IMG/VR virus record: IMGVR_UViG_3300027780_000059
Span: 1 to 27,166 of that record
DNA length: 27,166 bases
From: a virus
Lineage: Duplodnaviria; Caudoviricetes
Strand: one strand, 5' to 3'
Shown piece after piece: positions 9,701-17,439 of this stretch. The position numbers and the translations under genes are program-made. The notes beneath the pieces are model-generated. The model saw only the letters and a list, made by a program, of their open reading frames with translations, did not search any database and had not been told where the DNA came from. Positions within the stretch are counted from its first letter, which is position 1. Every line of letters begins with the position of its first letter.

Positions 9701-11553
9701 GACCTTCCGTAATCGTCACTATAAACAATTCCTGTTTCATAATCTCTATTACTATGTAAACTACCTGTATTTGTTGTTGTACTAAACCCTCCTTCAGCAC
9801 TAATAAACCTAAAGTATTCGTAAATATTAGTTGTTAAAGGAGTAGAGTCTATGTTTTGATACTGCATCGCAATAGTCTGTAAACTAAAGGTATTTACCCC
9901 AGGAGAAGCACCAGTAATTAAAAACCCCTGTTGAACGGTAGAACTTGTTATACTACTATTAATTTTATTAAAAACATAAGAAACCGCAGGAGATGATAGT
10001 TCATTATTAAAATAATCAGTTAAAGAATTTCCGTCTGCTGAGTCTGCGATAGGTTTAAAATTTGTATTTAGTATCGTACCTATAGCATCTTGAAACAAAG
10101 GACTACTAACAAAAGCATATGTTGAGCTATAGTCTGCATCTAAAGTTATATTTAAGTTTAGCGTAAATGAACTGTTTTTAAATTGATTATTTGCTATCCA
10201 AGCAGGGTTTGTAGACTGACCTGCGCCAACTACAGTAACTTGATTTTCAAGATTAAATGAAAAACTAATAAAAGAATTCTTTTTTAATTTACCAACGGTT
10301 GAAGATAAATCAAAAGTAACTTTATTGTTGTCATAAGTTTTGGTGTCTGCTGGATCAATAGTATAACTAAGACCTGAATTTAAACTAGCAAAAGGTAATT
10401 CTTCAGAAGAAATAATAGTGTTTATTATACTTGTGGTATAGTTTAAAGCAATATTAGTACCACCCGAATTACCACTAGTAAAATTATAGCCATCAACGTA
10501 GTTTCCATACATTAATCTGTTACCTTGAATAATTTGTGCTTTAGCAAACCTTGGAACATTATCGTATTGACGAAGTAATTCATCAGCTCCTATAACTGTG
10601 TAAATTTTACTGTTTGTAAAAACATATGACTGAACAGTATTATCTGGCCAACCATAATCTTTTTTTACAAATCTTTCAATTACATTTATATTATTTGAAT
10701 TACTCTCTTTAAAAAGTAAATCTATTTGCACGACCCTGCTACTACCTGTTGAGTATTCAATATTTATACCATTGTATAAATTTAGCATTCCTTGATTATT
10801 GTAATTTTTGGTATCAAACCTAAAAGGTTTAGTTGCAAATGCCGGTAAACTAAATAAAGATGTGGCGCTATATTGTCCATCTAAATATCGATACCTATAA
10901 GCAAAACAAAGAAATTTATTTTCAATATAATTCTCTCCACCAGGAACGTTTAATAAAGTAATTTTTGGAACCGCTAAAGGAACATTATTGTTTACTATAT
11001 TTTCAAACCCAGGAATTTTAACAATTACACTAATATCTTCTTCTATAATCTGATCAACATTGGCAATTGGTAATGGGTAATTTCTGTCAATATTTATATA
11101 CCTTGGAGGATTAATGTCGTCCGTCCAAAATAATAAATCATCAAGCAAATTTATTCCAGTAATTAAATGTTTAGGGTCAAAATTTAAAAGGTCTTCAGTA
11201 ACTATATGATAGTTAATTACTTGACTAGTAGTGTTATAAGAAACAACCATATCTACAATTCCACCAGAAGCCTCAAGATTTGTAGCGTCATGAATAAACC
11301 AATAAATAGTTTCCCTAACGCCGTCTTCATAAGCTCCAATACAGGTAGCATTAATACTTAATGGTTCACCGTTATAAGCTAAATATGTTAATCTTGAATT
11401 TCCTTTAGCATTTTCAACAGCGCCTATTTCAGTAGTTTCAGTTGAACCCAACCTTACATTTAGCGCGTCAATATATTCACCTGGAGGAAGAAGTCTTTCA
11501 TCCACAGACTTATTCATTCTACCTGCAATAAAATTTGTTGTAACTATTGGCAT
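6736..11553 (-). CDS. Tail stabilisation/muzzle protein (P22 gp10-like, crAss-like), N-terminal part plus C-terminal accessory domains, 1605 aa
   Basis: Characteristic start NFIAGRMNKSVDERLLPPGEYIDALNVR..GAVENAKGN and motifs FAYRYRYLDGQYS, GNRLMYGNYVDG, GIVYSDDYGRSS, YGISYNPESF, YFTDVKRGAVIRL, GGYDPY. Follows two ring-protein genes. Confidence 0.8.
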   Translation of the reverse strand: MPIVTTNFIAGRMNKSVDERLLPPGEYIDALNVRLGSTETTEIGAVENAKGNSRLTYLAYNGEPLSINATCIGAYEDGVRETIYWFIHDATNLEASGGIVDMVVSYNTTSQVINYHIVTEDLLNFDPKHLITGINLLDDLLFWTDDINPPRYINIDRNYPLPIANVDQIIEEDISVIVKIPGFENIVNNNVPLAVPKITLLNVPGGENYIENKFLCFAYRYRYLDGQYSATSLFSLPAFATKPFRFDTKNYNNQGMLNLYNGINIEYSTGSSRVVQIDLLFKESNSNNINVIERFVKKDYGWPDNTVQSYVFTNSKIYTVIGADELLRQYDNVPRFAKAQIIQGNRLMYGNYVDGYNFTSGNSGGTNIALNYTTSIINTIISSEELPFASLNSGLSYTIDPADTKTYDNNKVTFDLSSTVGKLKKNSFISFSFNLENQVTVVGAGQSTNPAWIANNQFKNSSFTLNLNITLDADYSSTYAFVSSPLFQDAIGTILNTNFKPIADSADGNSLTDYFNNELSSPAVSYVFNKINSSITSSTVQQGFLITGASPGVNTFSLQTIAMQYQNIDSTPLTTNIYEYFRFISAEGGFSTTTNTGSLHSNRDYETGIVYSDDYGRSSTVLVSERNTVYIEPGDSDKQNNIQVAVNSLAPYWAERYKFVVKPSLGNYETIYSNFYYVRPSDNMVFFKLEGDNANKVSKGQTLIVKADVSGPVSRLVTVEVLDISAESSDFLNADNELGEDSNQLSGLYMQMKNQNFDISIPEDSIIEYGEIVQRSSTRGCTNNRKIAYPCFTQDVVGNGSAVTNYDIPAGSTITIKVTAFRNDTYNGNSCQEILWEWDQQYVSSDDYTDARRWWNGDNINPEIASPGNLSDETPVHYDPIVVAPSNAPRADILDTKRTADNVTCASFEVYFQFIQAASALSTDPLYLGVSSGLYGCNRTWPQSDRTSDLHVELIVERTNTLMVFESEAVDANTELYYDASESYPITQPQGFHMSGTNTTLGDQNQTATQDAVVNLDFQDCFVFGNGVESFKIKDSLAGRAMVLGQRVLAVSNQDYKEADRFEGITYSGVYSSNSGLNNLNEFNLGLVNFKDCETSFGPIQKMHARETDILVLQEDRITYVLSSKNLISDSTGGGVIASVPQVLGTQIARIEEYGISYNPESFVSWGSEMYFTDVKRGAVIRLRGTSMNNDSLEVISNNGMRSYFRDQFFDSITTQKLGGYDPYMNEYVLGMNCKSVPLPPEISNCGYSFQKTGLEANETIVSTIDYGQVIGQCNISYNIDTLPAPAGSITISVLWNGITTTSGTLTGAGTFSFDKTLNTPLNAVVTITGVTRSSFSIIANCPTEVEIEIIKVVMNSPVDSGDFIHTEYKWNDSVVVSPIDSELATFGSSNVVASNYKTQVGIRSLGVFPYSGTDITLRSNKVEFDNYDWVVNSDNFKYLSSNTLYANTESDISALLAASTTIANASVTNPSTGLYQGIVPSLSLPLSNQYLYVIYDYRETSCQEFCYDASSSASACCDCTVTYTAYNSSSVQQNITVACGQPLIFPYYHTGAGTLPSVGDFVYSSSNGEVGTTLALGIYRISATSYIRVNQFGLVTEVTTCPTN

Positions 11554-11554
11554 A

Positions 11555-12478
11555 TTATTTTATCCATTTATTCTGACCTCTCATGTTCTGTAAGAGTCTG
11601 CCAGGGTGCATATTACTTAATCTAATTTTAGCATTTCTTAGTAAAGATGATTTATCTTTTCTTGCTCTATTAACTACGTATTCTTGAACTGATAGTCTAC
11701 CATTTAAAATTGAATATTTTACATAAGCGTAAATATACTCTTCAAACAATTTATTTAATTGAACATTAGCATCCACACCACCTTCCATACCGTCAGAAAC
11801 ATATTCTAAAACTACAGAGGCAGCATTAGAAATATTGCTAAAGTTAATAACTCCAGACTGTTTATCAATAGTAAACGTAGGATTCGCATTAGCTGTTTCA
11901 GTATTTAATCCAAAGCGAGCGCCTACAGAATAGTCAAAGTACCAGTTGCCATCACAACAGTAACCCTCTGAACCATCAAACGAATTACCTGCGTTTAAAT
12001 AAATACTTTTTGCAGTACCTCTAATTCTTTCTAAATCAAGTTCTGAATTTTGAGGTTTTAAAACATTTCCATCTTGATCAAATAATATATTTGCATCTTG
12101 ATCTTGAAGATAAGCTGATGACCAATTGGTTTGAATATTTTCCGTTAAAGGTTTTAAAACTCCATTTTCATTTACAGAAATTCTTACCCAATTTACATAA
12201 TCTTGAGGAAGTATAAAGCGAAGTTGTAACGTAACATCTAATTGAAGGATTTTTATTTCCTTCATAGCATCGTAGTTTAATTCTTGAATACCTCTTTTCG
12301 CATGAAATAATATTTGATAACGTTCAATGTTATTTATTAATTCATGGTTTCCTTGATACATTAACATAAAATTATTAACTATGTCTGCCAAAGATATATA
12401 TTGATATGACCCCCAGTTTGCATCTGTTGGAGTCGTTCCTGAGTTTTGGTAATATGCGTAATCGTTTATATATGCCAT
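11555..12478 (-). CDS. Tail ring/tubular (adaptor) protein, 307 aa
   Basis: Helical N-part (ISLADIVNNFM..AKRGIQELNYD), LPQDYVNWVRI, VVLEYVSDG and helical end fit tail tubular/ring proteins. Directly precedes the muzzle gene. Confidence 0.7.
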   Translation of the reverse strand: MAYINDYAYYQNSGTTPTDANWGSYQYISLADIVNNFMLMYQGNHELINNIERYQILFHAKRGIQELNYDAMKEIKILQLDVTLQLRFILPQDYVNWVRISVNENGVLKPLTENIQTNWSSAYLQDQDANILFDQDGNVLKPQNSELDLERIRGTAKSIYLNAGNSFDGSEGYCCDGNWYFDYSVGARFGLNTETANANPTFTIDKQSGVINFSNISNAASVVLEYVSDGMEGGVDANVQLNKLFEEYIYAYVKYSILNGRLSVQEYVVNRARKDKSSLLRNAKIRLSNMHPGRLLQNMRGQNKWIK

Positions 12479-13450
12479 CTATCCTTGTGTTTGTTGTTCT
12501 GATTGTAATTCGGCTACTCCAAATTGATATACATCTGACTCTCTAATTTCTACTCCTACGTACTTACATATTTTTGCTATTAATGCAGGCTCATCAGATA
12601 AAGGTAACTCAAAATCTTGGTAATCATCTTGCGAAGCATTAAACACAGGTTCCCCTGCTGTTATTTCAATATAAGTCCATTTAGGGTCACGAGGATACCT
12701 TACGTACTGAGCCATTATTGTTCCAGGTGTTGTCAATGTATCTGGGTATACGTTTATTATGTTTCCGGAAATTGTTGCGGTAGCGTTACCTAAAACATAC
12801 GCAGGATAACCTGTGGATGGGGATGTAAGTGGCGAAGAATTTAAATAAAATATTTTACTTTGATTTACTCTTTCTACCTCTACAATACCTTTATTATTTA
12901 CAATTGTGTAGCTATCCCCGATTGTTTGTGCTACTCCAAATATATCAACAGACAAAGTTAGTTGAGTGTCAGTATCAACGCTAACAACATAGGCTGTTTG
13001 ACCAGCGGTTGTACTTGTAGTGGACGTAGACGAAACAAGTTGTCCAGCTGTTACAGTAGTTGTAAAAGTGGCTGTAGTGTCCGTTAAAGTTAATGCTCCT
13101 GCTGCCGTTGTTGTTCCTGAAGTACTTACCGTAGGGTAATAATTAATCTTATTAATTAAGTAATAATTAGAAGGTAAATTAAATAAATTTATTCCAGGTG
13201 ATGTTAAAGTTTGAGTCGCTGAAAAACTGTCTATTACTTCTACTAAACCCTTAGTAAGATCAGCATATCCGCTTCCAGAAACTCTTTGATTTTCTTTTGA
13301 CAATTGGTCATTGTACGCGTAAAAATAGTCTTCAAAAATAGACATCTGAGCCTGTTGGCAATACAAATTAAAATCTTGTGGTGATATATATCCGTAGTTG
13401 TTTTTATTGACTATCGCTAATACGGTATTTCGTACTTCGTTTATTGGCAT
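12479..13450 (-). CDS. Tail ring/head-tail adaptor protein with inserted Thr-rich beta domain, 323 aa
   Basis: VNKNNYGYISPQDFNLYCQQAQMSIFEDY, LPSNYY, YVRYPRDPKW and FELP motifs are typical of crAss-like ring proteins. Confidence 0.7.
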   Translation of the reverse strand: MPINEVRNTVLAIVNKNNYGYISPQDFNLYCQQAQMSIFEDYFYAYNDQLSKENQRVSGSGYADLTKGLVEVIDSFSATQTLTSPGINLFNLPSNYYLINKINYYPTVSTSGTTTAAGALTLTDTTATFTTTVTAGQLVSSTSTTSTTAGQTAYVVSVDTDTQLTLSVDIFGVAQTIGDSYTIVNNKGIVEVERVNQSKIFYLNSSPLTSPSTGYPAYVLGNATATISGNIINVYPDTLTTPGTIMAQYVRYPRDPKWTYIEITAGEPVFNASQDDYQDFELPLSDEPALIAKICKYVGVEIRESDVYQFGVAELQSEQQTQG

Positions 13451-13465
13451 AATTAATTCTTTTTA

Positions 13466-13473
13466 CAAAGATA
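13466..13473 (-). promoter_or_regulatory. Bacteroidota-type -7 promoter element TATCTTTG
   Basis: TAnnTTTG match, intergenic, 15 nt before the ring-protein ATG and directly after a terminator T-tract. Confidence 0.7.
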
Positions 13474-13475
13474 GC

Positions 13476-13510
13476 AAAAAAAAAGAGGCTACTTTTTTTT
13501 GTAGCCCCTT
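13476..13510 (-). terminator. Intrinsic terminator
   Basis: Minus strand GGGGCTAC-A8-GTAGCCTC stem-loop (one G-U pair) followed by T9, downstream of the 278-aa gene. Confidence 0.85.
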
Positions 13511-13531
13511 GTTTATTAAAGTGTAATAATA

Positions 13532-14368
13532 CTACTGTATTCTTAAAATAAAGTAATCTCTACCACCTAACCACGATATATTCGTAACATTAGCGGCAGG
13601 GTTTAAAAGACCTGAAAAATCTGTTGATACTTGATACCATTCTGTTTCTAAAGAAGAAACCATAGCGTCCTGTATAGCTCCTCTCATATCTGCGTTAGCA
13701 CCTATAGTAGACGAATATGCATAATCAATTCTACCTACATCTGTTCCAGCTGTATCGTATGTAATATTAACAATAGCTGATGATGTTGAACTATTTGAAA
13801 CATCAGCAACATTAGCCGACCTTACCATTCTATCAAAATCATTAGCTCCTTCTTTGTACACAAGATAATTGTCATTGTTTACAAAAATATCATCTGCTAC
13901 ACCCAGTTGGTTTTTAGACACAGAAGTAACCGTAGTTACAGCCGACCCTGTAATATCTCTAACGTAATCCCCTACACTAACACCAGCTGAAATAAAATTA
14001 ACACTACTGTCTACTAAGTATTTAGCAGCAGTTGATGTAGCTGTTCCGTATTGTAAAACTGTGTATTCTGGCATATAGATAAAATAACCTACAGCATCTG
14101 GAACACCTGTTCCTTGATCGGCCAATACACCGACAGCAAGTAAAGTTAATACAGTATCAGATGTTACCTCTGTTACTAAATATTTTTGTCCTCCAACTGA
14201 TGCTCCAGTTGTTCTGTCCCAAACAATTGCGTTTACTAAAACATCTTGTGTAAAAGTAGCCGCAGAATCAGTTAATGTTGAACCAGCCGACCCATCTGAT
14301 GTTGATGTTCCTGTTTTAACAACATCAAGTTGTTTAAAGTTTATAAATTTTTCCATTGTTTGAATCAT
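13532..14368 (-). CDS. Structural protein paralogue 3 with two inserted beta domains (alternative start at 14356, MEKF)
   Basis: MEKF start and IQDAMVSSLETEW segment align with the two upstream small proteins. Two internal GTxT..LxD...F modules. Confidence 0.65.
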   Translation of the reverse strand: MIQTMEKFINFKQLDVVKTGTSTSDGSAGSTLTDSAATFTQDVLVNAIVWDRTTGASVGGQKYLVTEVTSDTVLTLLAVGVLADQGTGVPDAVGYFIYMPEYTVLQYGTATSTAAKYLVDSSVNFISAGVSVGDYVRDITGSAVTTVTSVSKNQLGVADDIFVNNDNYLVYKEGANDFDRMVRSANVADVSNSSTSSAIVNITYDTAGTDVGRIDYAYSSTIGANADMRGAIQDAMVSSLETEWYQVSTDFSGLLNPAANVTNISWLGGRDYFILRIQ

Positions 14369-14709
14369 TATGCTATTGCTATTGCACTTAGCGGATTAAT
14401 AATAACTAATTTTGTTGCTGGCGGTATAATTGCAGGCACAATCGCTCCATGAGGAATGTGTTGTTCAACTACATTTGTCCATCCAGTTCCTAACGCATCT
14501 TTAACTGATGTTTGAACTGATTCCAATAAAATTGGAGATGCTGTTGCTACAGGATAAGTTAATGTTACTGTTTTTCCACCTAAATAATGCAATACAACGG
14601 TTGTTGTTGATGCTTGTCCAATATGTCTTAAACCTGAAATAGATACAAGTTGAAATTGACTATTAGTCCCATTACCATCTAAAACTGGGATACTTAAAAA
14701 TTTTTCCAT
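14368..14709 (-). CDS. Small putative structural protein, paralogue 2, 113 aa
   Basis: MEKFLSIPV...QLV...VQTSVKDALGTGW matches the neighbouring 97-aa protein. Confidence 0.7.
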   Translation of the reverse strand: MEKFLSIPVLDGNGTNSQFQLVSISGLRHIGQASTTTVVLHYLGGKTVTLTYPVATASPILLESVQTSVKDALGTGWTNVVEQHIPHGAIVPAIIPPATKLVIINPLSAIAIA

Positions 14710-14716
14710 AATAATA

Positions 14717-14731
14717 ATAATTTATGAGTTA
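14717..14731. repeat. 15-bp direct repeat, copy upstream of paralogue 2
   Basis: ataatttatgagtta, identical to 15044..15058. Confidence 0.8.
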
Positions 14732-14740
14732 ATAAAAATG

Positions 14741-15034
14741 TTATGCAATACTAATGTCAGATACTGCGAATTGAGGGAACACCCCTTTACTTACGTGGGT
14801 CCATGAAGTTGCTAAAGCATCTTGCACTTCTCTTTGTATAAATTGTCTAAACTGAGTTGCAGAATTTGTTCCTGAAGCTGCCCCTACGGTTGCGTGAGTA
14901 ATTGTTACTACATCGCCACTTGCGTAAGTTAAAGTTGTTGAAGTAACTGAAGCCGCCTCAACAAGTTTTAAATTGTTACAAGGAACCAATTGAACCCCTT
15001 GACCAGTTACCGGTATACTTAAAAATTTGTCCAT
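14741..15034 (-). CDS. Small putative structural protein, paralogue 1, 97 aa
   Basis: MDKFLSIPV...QLV...IQREVQDALATSW. First gene after a promoter. Confidence 0.7.
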   Translation of the reverse strand: MDKFLSIPVTGQGVQLVPCNNLKLVEAASVTSTTLTYASGDVVTITHATVGAASGTNSATQFRQFIQREVQDALATSWTHVSKGVFPQFAVSDISIA

Positions 15035-15043
15035 AATAATAAT

Positions 15044-15058
15044 ATAATTTATGAGTTA
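15044..15058. repeat. 15-bp direct repeat, copy upstream of paralogue 1
   Basis: ataatttatgagtta, identical to 14717..14731. Confidence 0.8.
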
Positions 15059-15066
15059 GTAAAGTA

Positions 15067-15074
15067 CAAATATA
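15067..15074 (-). promoter_or_regulatory. Bacteroidota-type -7 promoter element TATATTTG
   Basis: TAnnTTTG match directly after a terminator T-tract, same context as 13466..13473. Confidence 0.7.
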
Positions 15075-15076
15075 GC

Positions 15077-15105
15077 AAAAAAAAAGCCACCGTTTTAGGG
15101 TAGCT
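15077..15105 (-). terminator. Intrinsic terminator
   Basis: Minus strand GCTACC-CTAAAAC-GGTGGC stem-loop (one G-U pair) followed by T9, downstream of the 251-aa gene. Confidence 0.8.
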
Positions 15106-15128
15106 AATTTTCAGTTAGTTGAAATTAT

Positions 15129-15884
15129 TTATTTTAACTTGTTTTTTAAAAGTTTATATACTTCTAAACCATCATCACTTTGCATGAAAGATGAAACAAT
15201 AAAATAAGGATCTTCTCCAAATGGTATTGTCAACATTTTTTTCTTATTGTTAGGTAGGTTGTAGTAAACGTCTTTACCGTTATTTCTAAAACCTAATAAT
15301 GTAGCACTAAAAAATTGATGAACATCATCCATAAGTTCTAGCATTGGGTCGTTAATTGTATCTAAAAAATCTTCAGGATTATGTTTAGCATAAACCAATA
15401 AGTCTCTTTTTAATTCTGGCGAAGTCATTGATTCAACTCCATTACCCATTAATACACGACATACTTGAGTTAATTTTTTAATGTCTTTTGTAATTTGTTT
15501 TGCTGCAATTTGAGCCTCTAGCTCCATTTCAACATGTTCTAATTCAGCTGTAGCGTCACGCTCTCTGTTTACTTCTTCAAATACCTTACCATTACTTGGG
15601 TGTAAATGTAAAAACTTTTGCAACACTTGATTTTCTTTACCAACTGATAACATTCCATCCTCAAAAACAATAGGTTCTAAAATAGCATTTCCATCTTGCT
15701 CATCTTCAAAAGGTGACTTCTGATTACGAGAATATCTTAATGGTCTATTTAATCCTTGCTCTTCATCAAAATGTAATAAAGGTGATCTCTGTGAGTGTCG
15801 AGATGCTAACATGTATGATAAAGGCGCTCTGTCGCCTCTTAAACGATAAGCTTTTGCTGAGTACACTGGTTTTTTTGTTGTCAT
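15129..15884 (-). CDS. Conserved head-module protein following the major capsid gene, function unknown, 251 aa
   Basis: Intact ORF (LRYSRNQKSPFEDEQ, IVFEDGML, FLHLHPSN). Occupies the post-capsid slot seen in crAss-like phages. Confidence 0.65.
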   Translation of the reverse strand: MTTKKPVYSAKAYRLRGDRAPLSYMLASRHSQRSPLLHFDEEQGLNRPLRYSRNQKSPFEDEQDGNAILEPIVFEDGMLSVGKENQVLQKFLHLHPSNGKVFEEVNRERDATAELEHVEMELEAQIAAKQITKDIKKLTQVCRVLMGNGVESMTSPELKRDLLVYAKHNPEDFLDTINDPMLELMDDVHQFFSATLLGFRNNGKDVYYNLPNNKKKMLTIPFGEDPYFIVSSFMQSDDGLEVYKLLKNKLK

Positions 15885-15909
15885 TATAATATAATTTAAT
15901 TTGATTTAT

Positions 15910-15953
15910 AAAAAAAAATAATTACCCTCGCTACTAGAACGAGGGTAGTTATT
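15910..15953 (-). terminator. Intrinsic terminator after the major capsid gene
   Basis: Minus strand AACTACCCTCG-TTCTAGTAG-CGAGGGTAATT long stem followed by a T9 tract. Confidence 0.88.
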
Positions 15954-15963
15954 ACTTAAATTC

Positions 15964-17418
15964 TTAAGCTTTTTGGAATAAGAAGAAGTTGTTTGCACCT
16001 AAAGTACATACAGCTCTTTCAGACAAGAAATTTACCTCCATTGCATCTAAATCGCTTGTTCTTGCACCACCAGCAGAACCAGTAATCCAAGACTTGTAAC
16101 GTCTGTCTTCAGTTTCTGAAGCTCTATAACGAACATGTAAAAATGGTCTCTTAGCGTTCTTACCTAAGACTTGGTCATAAACAGTTGTTGATCCAGCTGG
16201 AACTAAAAGTCCGTTTACTGCACCTGCATTTATACCGCCTCTCATAGTAGGATCGTTTAAGTACTTCCAGTCTGTCTTATAGAAGTCATAACCTCTACGG
16301 AATCCTGAAAAACCTAAGTTTAAAGCCATGTCCTTATCATTGTCAAATAAACCATAAGAAGTACCACCTGCTCCATAAGAGTTTTGTGATGCTAACATAT
16401 CGTCAATATCGAATGAAAATTGTCTGTCTACAAAAATAACATTTTCTTCAATAGAACCTTGCTTATCAAGTCTCTGAATAATGTTATCAAATTGAGCTAA
16501 AGTTGTTGGGTTTCCCCCACCATATACATTACCTCTATTTCCTACTACGTAGAAAATTCCTTCTGAACCAGATAAGTTTACACCACTAAGTCCAGCACCT
16601 ACACCTTGCAAGTAATCTCCTGCACCAGAACCAGCATCAGCAGGAACTGCTTCAATCATAGCTGTCTCTAAATAATCTTCAAAACGAAGTCTTGTATCGT
16701 GTTCAGATTTTAAGTACCATAAAAATCCAGATGCACCATTTTCAGATGTAACTTCAATCCATCCAATTTGAGCCATGTCAGAACCAGAAACAGAATACTT
16801 GTCTTTGATAATGATTGGTTTGTTTTGGAAAATAAAATCATCAGACTCATTAGATCCAACCATTCCGTTTACACCTTTTGCAAATTCAGAACCATAGATA
16901 AAAATATCACATGATACACCTGCCGCCATTGTTTGACCTGCACCTTCGTAGTAAGCGATTGTTACAACATTAGGAGCAGCTGCCGTTGGAGCTACAGTAA
17001 TAATACCTTTGTTCTGTAATGTAGAACCAGCAGTATTATCTGAAACCATAACCGTTTGACCTGCTCTAAAAGCTGCTTGCGTATTATTTAACGCTGGGTT
17101 AAAGTTTGTTAGGTTATTTGGAATAGTCCAAACAGCCGAATCAACACCTGCCGCACCAGCAGAAGTAACTGCCTGATATTTAGTGTGTAATCTTCCTTGT
17201 TCTGCCCATTTGATAAGGTCAGAATTAGAAGGCATTTCAGCGCCAACCATTCTTAAAAATGATGCTACTGATCTGTTTCCATAACGCTCAAATTCTTTTT
17301 CATAAGTATCTGGAAGATACTGATTTAAGAAATCAAAGTTGTTTATGTAATTTGTTGATAAAGGAGTTTGCTGCGCACTTGGCTGCAAGTCAAATCCTGG
17401 AGTTACATTTACTGCCAT
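15964..17418 (-). CDS. Major capsid protein (HK97 fold, crAss-like size), 484 aa
   Basis: E-loop-like IKWAEQGRLH followed by an insertion domain, NKPIIIKDKYSVSGS, spine helix RFEDYLETAMIE, terminal FLSERAVCTLGANNF. Follows an acidic scaffold-like gene and is closed by a strong terminator. Confidence 0.88.
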   Translation of the reverse strand: MAVNVTPGFDLQPSAQQTPLSTNYINNFDFLNQYLPDTYEKEFERYGNRSVASFLRMVGAEMPSNSDLIKWAEQGRLHTKYQAVTSAGAAGVDSAVWTIPNNLTNFNPALNNTQAAFRAGQTVMVSDNTAGSTLQNKGIITVAPTAAAPNVVTIAYYEGAGQTMAAGVSCDIFIYGSEFAKGVNGMVGSNESDDFIFQNKPIIIKDKYSVSGSDMAQIGWIEVTSENGASGFLWYLKSEHDTRLRFEDYLETAMIEAVPADAGSGAGDYLQGVGAGLSGVNLSGSEGIFYVVGNRGNVYGGGNPTTLAQFDNIIQRLDKQGSIEENVIFVDRQFSFDIDDMLASQNSYGAGGTSYGLFDNDKDMALNLGFSGFRRGYDFYKTDWKYLNDPTMRGGINAGAVNGLLVPAGSTTVYDQVLGKNAKRPFLHVRYRASETEDRRYKSWITGSAGGARTSDLDAMEVNFLSERAVCTLGANNFFLFQKA

Positions 17419-17439
17419 AATTTTAATTTTTTTTAATGT

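Noticed and set aside
12476-12481. TAG immediately followed by in-frame ATG between the two ring genes, suggesting amber recoding or fusion as in some crAss-like phages
   Set aside because: ORFs of 1605, 811 and 749 aa have no internal TAG or TGA, and TAG ends other genes cleanly (4353, 13532, 25800). The standard code fits. Occasional readthrough cannot be excluded but has no support.
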